Shown here: one piece after another, positions 26,510-36,721 of the stretch
How positions within the stretch are numbered: position 1 is the stretch's first letter
How the letters are laid out: each line of letters opens with the position of its first letter
Source: Chloroflexota bacterium
Lineage (GTDB): Bacteria > Chloroflexota > Dehalococcoidia > Lucifugimonadales > UBA3495
Direction of reading: 5' to 3'
Length of the DNA: 64,000 bases
Assembly: GCA_027623675.1 (NCBI GenBank)
Contig: JAQBVF010000011.1
Coordinates: forward strand, 1 to 64,000
Notes under the pieces: model-generated
Database searches by the model: none
What the model was told of the DNA's origin: nothing
What the model saw: only the letters and a program-made list of their open reading frames with translations
Translations under genes and position numbers: made by a program

Positions 26510-28684
26510 ATGCGCGGATGTCCTGATCATGGAGTGTTCAGATTGAACCGGCGCCTTTTGCCCACAATCCCGGCGCTTATCGCGATGATGGCGGCCCTAA
26601 CTCTGCTGGCCGCCTGCGGCGGCAAAGCGGAAGTTGCGCCGCCGGCCGCCACGCCCGTGGCTGAGGGCCGGGAAGCTCCCGACATCGAGCCTCAGACCCA
26701 ATCGTTGATGCTGGGCTTGACCTCGCCTGAGTTAAATCTGGTGACCGGCTCGAGCCAGGTGACCGTGTCCGGCGTCACCTCCCCCGATGCCTCCCTGAGC
26801 GTGAATGGGCGATTGACGCTGCCCGACGCGCAGGGCAGATTCTCGATCAACCTGGAGCGGGCCAGAATCGATCCGCCCGGCGCCATGAACCCCTTGGCGA
26901 TTGAAGTGATTGCCACCTCCATCACCGGGGAGTCCGAGACTCTGGTACGGCCCGTGGTGTTCTCGGATAGCCCGGACCGCTCTGGAGTATTCGGCACAGT
27001 TATGGAATCATCTCCCTCGGAGGTCACCCTCCAGACCGCGTCTGGCCCCGTAACCCTTAACGTGGACTCCGAAACGGCCGTCCGGCTCCACGCGTGGGAA
27101 TCCCCAACCGTGACCGACATCGCAACCGGGTCTTTGGCGGCAGTATTGGCCGATGGGTCTCAAGCACTGTCGGTCCTTGCCGTTCCGATCCGCCCGGTGA
27201 TCACCCGGCACTTCACCGGGATAATGATTGTTCCAGACCCCATGTCCAACCCGGATGCGGACGAAACGCTGACGTTGCGAGACGGCTCGGGCAGCCAGAT
27301 CACCGCCAATGTCATCGCCGGTCTGGAGCCGGCGGCGGCAGGAGGTTTGGTCACCGCCGTTTTGAAGCAAGACCCAGCCACCGGCCGGCTCACCGTGACG
27401 GGATTGGACGGCGCGCTCGCGGCGGCCGGCCGACTGCAAGAAGCCTTGTCGCTGAACCAAGTAGCCGGCACGACACAGTCCTCGGCCAACATGACCGCAC
27501 TGCGCTGGCGCCTGGCCGAACACGGAGTGCGCAACCTTTCCCTGCTGGTGAACGGCGGCGAAACCGGAGCAGACCTTGTAACATCGACCGCCGCCGCTGA
27601 ATCCGTGTACGCGAGCCTATTCTCTGGAAACCGCATCGGCGTCCCCTCCGCGGACATCACTGGCATGGTGACGTCACTGGACGGCGGCACCGGTCAGGTA
27701 ACCGTGCAGCCCGAGTTCGGTGCGCCGGTGATGGTCAAGATATCGGGCGACACGCCGGTGGCCCTCTTCGGAGAGCGGGTCCGGTCCGGTCAGCTTGACC
27801 TGGCGAGCCGGGTGACCGTGCGTTACGCGCTATCGGGAAACGAGGCCAGCCGGGTTGCGGTACTGGCCGGAAATACGCTGTCCGATGACGCTTCCACGCA
27901 ACTGGCCTTCACGGTTGAACGGGGAGAGCTGCAAGGAACCCTGCTGGCGGTGGCAGCAGATGCGAATATCGTCACCATCTTGGACCGAGCTTCTGAACGG
28001 CAGATATCCCTCGAATCGGCCGGGGCAGTAGTGATCCGGAACGGCACGGCGGCCAAGCTGACCCAGGACATGGAGGGCGCCGGGGTCTTCGTCCGGTTCG
28101 ACCCCGAGACCTACCGGCTGCTGGAACTGGAAACCATGGCCCCGCTGCGCGGCGAAGAGCTGATCACCGGCGTGGTCCACAGCTTCGTACCCAAGGTCGT
28201 TGGCGGCAACATCACCATCAAGACCAAAGCCGGCCGTCTGAAGTCTTACACCCACAATGCGGCAACAACCATTCGGCGGGACGGCCTCAACGTGTCCATC
28301 AACGAGGTCCGAACCGGCGACCTGGTCCGCCCTAACACCAGGGTCCGGACATCGGACGGGAGCGGCGAGATATCCGTGCTCAGCCTGAAGCGGCCCGAAC
28401 CGGGAGTGGTCACCGGGATCATCCGGGGCGTGGCCCGAGAGCCGGATGGCCAGGCCCGAGTCACCGTATCCAATATCTGGTTGGAGCTGGTCAGCCTAAG
28501 GGTCAGTCCCGAAACGCCAATCACCCAGCAGGGCCGGGCGCTGACACTGGCGGACTTGGCGGTCGGTCAGGAAATGACCTTGGGGTCGTTTGACCCGGTG
28601 ACCCTGGTGGCCGTTGGATTGGAACTGGGTTCGCCGGTATCGATCAACCGGGTCAGCCGGGGAAATGCCAGATTCGTCAGATAA
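26510..28684 (+). CDS. Large lipoprotein with Ig-like domain and repeated DUF5666-like beta domains
   Basis: Lipobox LLAAC; repeated G.V.....L.V...T.I......L..G pattern; start may be TTG 26543. Confidence 0.6.
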   Translation: MRGCPDHGVFRLNRRLLPTIPALIAMMAALTLLAACGGKAEVAPPAATPVAEGREAPDIEPQTQSLMLGLTSPELNLVTGSSQVTVSGVTSPDASLSVNGRLTLPDAQGRFSINLERARIDPPGAMNPLAIEVIATSITGESETLVRPVVFSDSPDRSGVFGTVMESSPSEVTLQTASGPVTLNVDSETAVRLHAWESPTVTDIATGSLAAVLADGSQALSVLAVPIRPVITRHFTGIMIVPDPMSNPDADETLTLRDGSGSQITANVIAGLEPAAAGGLVTAVLKQDPATGRLTVTGLDGALAAAGRLQEALSLNQVAGTTQSSANMTALRWRLAEHGVRNLSLLVNGGETGADLVTSTAAAESVYASLFSGNRIGVPSADITGMVTSLDGGTGQVTVQPEFGAPVMVKISGDTPVALFGERVRSGQLDLASRVTVRYALSGNEASRVAVLAGNTLSDDASTQLAFTVERGELQGTLLAVAADANIVTILDRASERQISLESAGAVVIRNGTAAKLTQDMEGAGVFVRFDPETYRLLELETMAPLRGEELITGVVHSFVPKVVGGNITIKTKAGRLKSYTHNAATTIRRDGLNVSINEVRTGDLVRPNTRVRTSDGSGEISVLSLKRPEPGVVTGIIRGVAREPDGQARVTVSNIWLELVSLRVSPETPITQQGRALTLADLAVGQEMTLGSFDPVTLVAVGLELGSPVSINRVSRGNARFVR

Positions 28685-28699
28685 CCGGCTGATCTCGAG

Positions 28700-29911
28700 C
28701 TAAGCCCCGTTATCCCAAGGTCGCACCGTGCCGTATTGCCCGTCGAATCCCGGCACGATTTCCACCCGGCCGTCCCTGACCTTGGTGATCGCAACGGCCA
28801 ACGCCTCTCCCCCCGCGCGTTTTAAGTCCTCAAAGGTGGCTTGAGTCAGCGCCCGGACCTCTCCCCCGAGCTCAGTGCAGATACTGTGATAAGCCTGGGC
28901 AACGGTTTTGGCGGCGCGGCCCTTGCCCATGGTGTGGGCCAACAATTCGACCAGAGGCGTCAACCGGGTGAACGACCGCCTGGCTGCGTCCTCTCCCAAT
29001 TTGTCTTGGGTTACGGTTTCGCCGCCCGACAATTCCATCACCCGGTGCAGCACTCCCAAGGTCAGCGGACGCCCACACTTGGCGCATCCGGTCCCCGCCT
29101 GCCGCGTCTCGCCGGGTGTCTGGCTGATCGCGCACTTGCGGTGGCCGGTCAGATGGTATTTCCCCTCTTCCGGGAAGAATTCCAAAGTGCGCTCAACCCG
29201 GTTCTCCCGAAGCCCCAGGGAGAGATCCCGGTAGCCGGCATCGCCTTGAAACACGGTCAGTTCGCGGCCCATGTTGGGCAAAGAATGGGCGTCTGAGAAA
29301 GACACGATGGTCTTTCCCGCCAGCGTCGGCACACTCCAGTTCATCGCCGGGTCGCTGGACAGGCCGGTCTCCACCGCCGGTATCTTCGGCGTCATGTCCA
29401 GGAAACACTCATCCAGCGAGTCGAACCCCGACTTGGAACCCAACACCCCATACCAGGGCGTCCAGACGTGGGCTGGCACGACGATACAGGCAGGGTTGAT
29501 GTCCAGCAGCCGAGCCGTCAGGTCCCGGGCCGAAACTCTGACGGTTGGCCGGCCGTCGCCGTTCAGCTTGGTGTCCAAACCGTCCAACATGCGGCGAATG
29601 CCATATACGGCTTCCAGGTTCGGCGCGTAAACTAGGAGATGCACCCGGCGGGAGCGTCCGCCCTGCTTGAACACGCAGCTTAGCTCCGTCCCCAGCACGA
29701 ATCTCACGCCCTCAAACTGGTAAACGCCGTTATCCACCGGCGTCAGGTTTGCTTCAAGTTCAGCCAGCCAGGCTGGGTGGGTGTAGTCGGCGGTGGAAAG
29801 CAGGTCGATGCCCTTCAGTTTGGCCCAAGCCGCCATGTTGGCCAGCGTCAGGTTCTTGCTGCACGCGTAGGCGTAGCGGGAATGGAGGTGCAAGTCCGCG
29901 GTGAAAGCCAT
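28700..29911 (-). CDS. Endonuclease Q family PHP-domain protein
   Basis: ADLHLHSRY, THP.W, PAH.WTPW, ETGLSSD, SDAHS, GKYH..GHR.C...C..C and PGFDG.YG. Confidence 0.88.
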   Translation of the reverse strand: MAFTADLHLHSRYAYACSKNLTLANMAAWAKLKGIDLLSTADYTHPAWLAELEANLTPVDNGVYQFEGVRFVLGTELSCVFKQGGRSRRVHLLVYAPNLEAVYGIRRMLDGLDTKLNGDGRPTVRVSARDLTARLLDINPACIVVPAHVWTPWYGVLGSKSGFDSLDECFLDMTPKIPAVETGLSSDPAMNWSVPTLAGKTIVSFSDAHSLPNMGRELTVFQGDAGYRDLSLGLRENRVERTLEFFPEEGKYHLTGHRKCAISQTPGETRQAGTGCAKCGRPLTLGVLHRVMELSGGETVTQDKLGEDAARRSFTRLTPLVELLAHTMGKGRAAKTVAQAYHSICTELGGEVRALTQATFEDLKRAGGEALAVAITKVRDGRVEIVPGFDGQYGTVRPWDNGA

Positions 29912-30101
29912 GGCGGGAGTCTAGCACGGCGTCAGGCTGGTGGGCCGGGCGGGCCGCACTCTAGGAAACCGGCGTGTCTGGTCTACCACAAGCATCTTGA
30001 CCGTTGGCGGCGCCGGTTCTATCCTTTAGAGTGATTTTCATACAGATTCGCGAACTGCGCCCGCCATTGATTGACAACCCCGTTACCATTAGGAGCCTAA
30101 G

Positions 30102-30413
30102 ATGACCACCAGCGCCAAATCGGCAACCGAAGTTAAACCCATGGGAGACCGCGTTTTGGTTCGCCCCAGCGATCAAGAAGGCGTCACCAAAGGCGGCATC
30201 TTCCTGCCCGACACCGCCCAAGAGCGCCCGCAACAGGGCGAGGTACTGGCGGTGGGACCGGGCCGTGTGCTCAAGAACGGCAAACGGGTCAAGATTGATA
30301 TGAAGGCCGGGGACACGGTGATCTACTCCAAGTTCGCCGGGACCGAGATTTCCGTTGCAGACGAGGACCTTTTGGTCTTGGGGGCCAACGAGATCCTGGC
30401 CGTCCTTTCCTAG
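30102..30413 (+). CDS. groES: Co-chaperonin GroES
   Basis: KP.GDRVLV, T.GGI.LPDTA.E.PQ.G.V.AVG.G; AGGAG RBS. Confidence 0.96.
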   Translation: MTTSAKSATEVKPMGDRVLVRPSDQEGVTKGGIFLPDTAQERPQQGEVLAVGPGRVLKNGKRVKIDMKAGDTVIYSKFAGTEISVADEDLLVLGANEILAVLS

Positions 30414-30451
30414 TTTCGATCAACCGTAACGATAGATAGTTCACCGCGTAG

Positions 30452-32101
<1,650 letters not shown>

Positions 32102-32138
32102 GCCCGGGATTAGGCCCAGGCGCTAGCCGCAAGCTATT

Positions 32139-32194
32139 ACCCAGAAATCAGAAAAGGGTCCGCCGATCGGCGGACCCTTTTCTGATTTCTGGGT
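32139..32194. terminator. 56-bp perfect palindrome; probable bidirectional terminator
   Basis: 28-nt arm ACCCAGAAATCAGAAAAGGGTCCGCCGA directly followed by its exact reverse complement, between convergent genes. Confidence 0.85.
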
Positions 32195-32221
32195 TTGGCG
32201 CCTATTGGTGTCTATCGATGT

Positions 32222-32980
32222 CTAAGCGTAGAGGAGCAGAACGTCCGCCAGTTCCTCCGGATGCTGGGCCATCACCTGGTGGCAGGAATCAATCTCAACC
32301 ATCTCAACGCCCTCAAGGCGCTCCGCCATCCTACGTTGGGAATCGGGCGGGACCATCTTGTCCTGGGTAAGCACGACGTAGGTCACCGGACAGGGGAGTT
32401 CCGAGTCTTCCATCGTCGAACGCGACTTCAGCACCCGGGTGGGCAGCGGACCAAAGAACCCGACAAGCTGCACCACGGCCATCGGATCCATGCCGTTGCA
32501 CAGGTAACCGCTGATGGCCGGGCGCGGCAGCTTAAGTTCCTGGCGCGACAAAGAACTGAGCGCGGACAGTATGCCGAAAACCGTCCGTACCTTGCGCGAG
32601 CAGGCGCTGAGTATAGACCGCTGGGGCGGCGGCACGATCCCCGCCACTAGCACAACCCGCTTGGGCGCGGCCTTCATCTCCCGGGCGGCTTGTAGCACCA
32701 AACTCCCGGCGAACCCGTGACCAACCAGCACCAAGTCTTTCAACCCCTCCCGGTCCACGGCCCTGGTGATGGACTGGACGCACTCTTCCAAACGCACGGC
32801 CGATGTGTCCCCGCCAGCGTCGGCGCCGTGGCCGGGCAGGTCAAGGGGATGCACCCGGTTGGCCCGGCGGCGTTTATGTAAAGTTGGCGGGTTGTCCTCC
32901 GGCGCAGTCAGACGTCCCCAGACAGGCCCCCAACTCCAAGCTCCCTGTCCAGCGCCGTGCACCAGTAGATAGTCGGTCAT
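32222..32980 (-). CDS. Alpha/beta hydrolase fold protein lacking the nucleophile Ser
   Basis: LVHGAG.GAW.W, DLPGHG, elbow GHGFAG, TQD acid and DSCH His. Confidence 0.8.
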   Translation of the reverse strand: MTDYLLVHGAGQGAWSWGPVWGRLTAPEDNPPTLHKRRRANRVHPLDLPGHGADAGGDTSAVRLEECVQSITRAVDREGLKDLVLVGHGFAGSLVLQAAREMKAAPKRVVLVAGIVPPPQRSILSACSRKVRTVFGILSALSSLSRQELKLPRPAISGYLCNGMDPMAVVQLVGFFGPLPTRVLKSRSTMEDSELPCPVTYVVLTQDKMVPPDSQRRMAERLEGVEMVEIDSCHQVMAQHPEELADVLLLYA

Positions 32981-33029
32981 CCAGCTTCCTCATCAATGGC
33001 TATTATGGTCTCAACCCGAAACCCCGGAA

Positions 33030-34388
33030 TCATTGGGCAACCGCGGCCCGGAGAGCGGCCAGCAAAGGTCTGTCCTCTTCCGGCAGCACCGTGCGCGGGT
33101 CGAGCAGCACCCGGTCTTCTTCGATGCGGGCGACCACCGGCGAGCCGCCCTGCCTGAGCCGGCGCATGACCTCTTCGGGACCAACGCCTTGGCAATCGAT
33201 CGATAGCACCCAGGAAGGCAGCGTCTCCCCCGGAAGGCTTCCGCCGCCGACGGCAGAACGGCTCTTCTCCACCGTGGAGGGGCATTTCAGGCCTTTCTTC
33301 CAAGCCTGCGCCCTTTTCTTGATGTCTTGCTCCGGTGTTGAGATCATGCGCCAGACGGGTATCTCCCGCTCGGCTTCACCGCGCAGGTAGTGCACCAGCG
33401 TGGCGGTGAGACTGGCCAGGCTCAACTTGTCGATGCGGACCGCCCGGGCCAGGGGATGCCGGGCCAGCGCATCCACCAATTCTTTCTTGCCGACCACTAT
33501 CCCCGCTTGCGGCCCGCCCAGCAGCTTGTCGCCGGAGAAGAACACCAGACCGGCGCCGTCCCTGATGCTCTCTTGGGGAGTGGGCTCATGGGCCATTCCG
33601 TAGCTCTCGGTCAACAAAAGGCTGCCGCTGCCCACATCGTGCAATACCGGAACTCCCCGCTTTCTGCCCACCTCAACCAAGTCGGCCGTTTCCACCGAAG
33701 CGGTGAAGCCTTCGACCCTGAAATTGCTGGCGTGGACCTTTAGAAACGCCGCCGTGTTTTCGGTTACCGCGTCGTCATAGTCGCGGACGTAGGTCCGGTT
33801 GGTGGTGCCCACGTCAACCAACGTGCCTCCCGACTGCCGCAGCACGTCGGGCACCCGGAAGCCGCCGCCAATCTCCACCGCTTCGGACCGGGAGACGATC
33901 ACCTCTTTGCCGGCGGCCAAAGCCGACAGGCCCAGCAGCATGGCCGAGGCGTTGTTGTTCACCGCCAGCGCCGCCTCAGCCCCAGTGATCTGGCGCAGCA
34001 GCGACTGCAGTTTGGCCTGCCTGGAACCCCGGCGTCCGGTTGCCAGGTCCAGTTCCAGGTTGGAATACCCTTGCGCCGCCTGGCTGGCGGCCTCGATGGC
34101 GGCCCTGCTCAGCGGCGCGCGGCCCAGGTTGGTGTGGATCACCACCCCGGTGGCGTTGATCACATGCCGTGGCTCGGCGCGCATGGTGTCTTCTATCTGC
34201 AGGCAGACCGACATTGCGATCTGACCGGCGTCGGGCGAGTCGGCCCCCTTCCTGATCCGATCCCGGGCCGAGTCCAGCTCCCGGCGGACAAGATCCACGA
34301 CCCAATCACGGTCGAATGACTGGGCGGCGGCGGCCACATCTTCGTTGGCCAGAACGCTATCAACGCTGGGGAGATTGCGGAATTGCAT
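33030..34388 (-). CDS. selA: L-seryl-tRNA(Sec) selenium transferase
   Basis: VINATGVV.HTNLGRA, YSNLE, VNNNA, EIGG.FR, VGTTNRT and FSGDKLLGGPQAG. Confidence 0.95.
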   Translation of the reverse strand: MQFRNLPSVDSVLANEDVAAAAQSFDRDWVVDLVRRELDSARDRIRKGADSPDAGQIAMSVCLQIEDTMRAEPRHVINATGVVIHTNLGRAPLSRAAIEAASQAAQGYSNLELDLATGRRGSRQAKLQSLLRQITGAEAALAVNNNASAMLLGLSALAAGKEVIVSRSEAVEIGGGFRVPDVLRQSGGTLVDVGTTNRTYVRDYDDAVTENTAAFLKVHASNFRVEGFTASVETADLVEVGRKRGVPVLHDVGSGSLLLTESYGMAHEPTPQESIRDGAGLVFFSGDKLLGGPQAGIVVGKKELVDALARHPLARAVRIDKLSLASLTATLVHYLRGEAEREIPVWRMISTPEQDIKKRAQAWKKGLKCPSTVEKSRSAVGGGSLPGETLPSWVLSIDCQGVGPEEVMRRLRQGGSPVVARIEEDRVLLDPRTVLPEEDRPLLAALRAAVAQ

Positions 34389-34802
34389 CTACCTGGTCCG
34401 ATATCTGTAGGTTTGCGAGAGTGTGCCTAGAGCGGGTCTTATTCTAGCATGAGAGCCTGGTTAACCAACCGGACCACCCCCTGCATCAACTGGTTCTTCT
34501 TTATGGCTGCATCCGAGCGGCTCGCACCTCACATCGGCGATGCAAGCCGGAGCGTATGCGCCTACCCTGATGAGTAATCTTTCAGGAACCGAAATCGTTT
34601 TCGCCCGCCGCGAAAGGTTCTATACTCAGATGGTTACCCTCGATTCGGGATTTCGCGCCTGAGGATGCGGGTCGAACGGGTCCACTGATCCCTGCGGGAG
34701 ACGATCTGGCCGGAAAACGCCGGCTTCCATTGAAACGAGAAACGCGCAAGCAACACCCATGTCACCCGCCCGATTCAAGGAGTTAGCTAAGGCCATGGCA
34801 CG

Positions 34803-35297
34803 ATGAGCGGCAAAAAATGGATTTTAGGAGTATCGGCAGCCGGGGTGCTGGCCGCCGGTTTGCTTATCTGGTGGCTTACCGCCGTGTTCACCGGGGCCGG
34901 GTCGAGCGAACCGGCTGCCGGATTGGTTAAACCTCTGGAAACAGCGCAGATCGATCGCGGTCGGGCCATCTACGGTGCGAACTGCGCCGTGTGCCACGGG
35001 GCAAACGCCGAGGGTCAGCCACTTTGGCAAAAGCGAAACGATGACGGGACCTTGAAACCGCCGCCCCATGACGAATCAGGGCATACCTGGCATCACGCCG
35101 ACGGCCTGCTCTTTCGCATCATTCGAGACGGCGGGAAGATCTACGAGACGGAGGGGTTCACCAGCGGCATGCCGGCCTTTGGCGACCGTCTAAACTCCGC
35201 CGAGATCACCGCCGTGATCGCCTATTTCAAAAGCCTGTGGGGACCGGAGATAAGGTCATCCCAGGCGGAGGTAAGCCAGCAAGACCCCTTCCCATAA
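34803..35297 (+). CDS. Membrane-anchored monoheme cytochrome c
   Basis: N-terminal TM; CAVCH heme motif; PPHD.SGHTWHH.D; GMPAF. Confidence 0.88.
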   Translation: MSGKKWILGVSAAGVLAAGLLIWWLTAVFTGAGSSEPAAGLVKPLETAQIDRGRAIYGANCAVCHGANAEGQPLWQKRNDDGTLKPPPHDESGHTWHHADGLLFRIIRDGGKIYETEGFTSGMPAFGDRLNSAEITAVIAYFKSLWGPEIRSSQAEVSQQDPFP

Positions 35298-35444
35298 CCG
35301 GTCGAGTTTGCCGCTCCCCCAACGCCAACCATGCCAACGGTCAAGAAGTAAACCTGGCATTTGCGAAACCCTGGGTATAAAATGTCACCAATCCGATATT
35401 GGAATTTCGCCACCTGTCCGGTGGCCGGCAGCAGTGCAGCGGAA

Positions 35445-35651
35445 ATGAAACCAAAGCTAGCCGCAATCTTAGTCGTTGGGATACTCTCCCTTTCCATCGT
35501 CGTGGCCGCCGTTGCAGCCGTCAGTCAGGCTTTGGCGGAAGAACCCGGCGCCTCCAGCATCGCCCTCGGCAGCTACCCCAGCCAGACCGGCGACACCGAA
35601 GACCAGGGCGGCCTGGCCGGCACATTTTTCCGGGTCTGCCCCTTCCACTAA
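35445..35651 (+). CDS. Small secreted or membrane peptide (68 aa) ending in VCPFH
   Basis: Basic N-terminus, hydrophobic core and ALA|E site; GC-rich third codon positions. Confidence 0.55.
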   Translation: MKPKLAAILVVGILSLSIVVAAVAAVSQALAEEPGASSIALGSYPSQTGDTEDQGGLAGTFFRVCPFH

Positions 35652-35808
35652 CATCGGTTACCAACGAATATCACAATGACATCCGGCTTTCGCCGGGTTC
35701 ATTATTCCCTGCGTATCTTCTTAGGAATCGATCTGCCGAATGGTTTGCCGTCTTAGGACCGCTGTGGGGGAGCCATAGCATCGGAGACCGGTGACGGGAC
35801 GGGAATCG

Positions 35809-36606
35809 ATGGATAGCTGCTGCCAGGACAAAGCCTGCGAACTGGAGGCGTTGCGGGGAACCCAATACAGGGTTCTGTGGATCGTGTTGGGAATCAACGC
35901 GGGAATGTTTACCGTAGAAGTGATCCTCGGATTATTGGCCGGTTCCACCGCCTTGCTGGCCGACTCTCTAGACATGCTGGGGGATGCCTTGGTCTACGGG
36001 TTCAGCATATTTGTTGTAGCCCGCGGGACCCGGTGGAGAGCCAGCGCGGCCCTGCTTAAAGGGCTTGTAATGGCGGGTTTTGGCCTGATGGTCCTGACCC
36101 AAGCGGGTTACCACTTCATCTCGCCTGAAGTGCCAGATTTCAAGTTGATGGGGGTAGCCGGCGCGCTAGCCTTGGCGGCGAACGCCACCTGCTTGCTATT
36201 GCTGACAAACCACCGGAATGATGACCTTAATATGCGTTCAACTTGGATATGCTCTCGAAACGACATCATCGCCAATCTGGGAATCTTGGTGGCGGCAATC
36301 GCTGTGTTTGCCACGGGTTCCATGTGGCCGGACCTGGTCGTTGGCCTGTTAATCACGGTGGTTTTCATAAGGTCGGCGGTCCATGTAGTACCGGCTGGCT
36401 ATCAGCGAACTTCGCACCCCTGCGGTAATAGGACCGGTCCAGTGGCCGACCAACTCCGTGGCACTGGTCCTGAAGCCATGCAATACCGGCGCTTGCTCGC
36501 CTGGCTCTTGCACCTGTGCGATCGGTTAAACCTTGGGATGTTGCGGCCGCGGACTTCTTACCGACGGGCATCGATGCACGATGACGCCCTCCTTCGATTT
36601 GATTAG
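35809..36606 (+). CDS. Cation diffusion facilitator (short CzcD-like) with probable frameshift near 36391
   Basis: S.ALLADSLD.LGDA..Y, NMRS.W.CSRND.I.N and WPDL.VG; C-terminus looks more natural in the +1 frame ending at 36529. Confidence 0.8.
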   Translation: MDSCCQDKACELEALRGTQYRVLWIVLGINAGMFTVEVILGLLAGSTALLADSLDMLGDALVYGFSIFVVARGTRWRASAALLKGLVMAGFGLMVLTQAGYHFISPEVPDFKLMGVAGALALAANATCLLLLTNHRNDDLNMRSTWICSRNDIIANLGILVAAIAVFATGSMWPDLVVGLLITVVFIRSAVHVVPAGYQRTSHPCGNRTGPVADQLRGTGPEAMQYRRLLAWLLHLCDRLNLGMLRPRTSYRRASMHDDALLRFD

Positions 36607-36721
36607 ACCGACCAGTATTGAGTAGGTATCCTTTCGCCTCTGGTTGACCTCGGGACGCTCTGGGCCGTATGTTTCTTCTGCCCAATCCAGCCCGAACGAC
36701 GCCACAGCGGAGAAGAAACTC

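Noticed and set aside
29912..30101. CIRCE element before groES
   Set aside because: TTAGCACTC-N9-GAGTGCTAA not found.
34567..34594. CTGATGA...GAAA hammerhead-like core
   Set aside because: The intervening sequence cannot form stem II, and flanking stems are not evident.
34389..34802. tRNA-Sec or selenoprotein next to selA
   Set aside because: No cloverleaf with a UCA anticodon and no convincing in-frame TGA read-through seen; selB and selD are not in the window.
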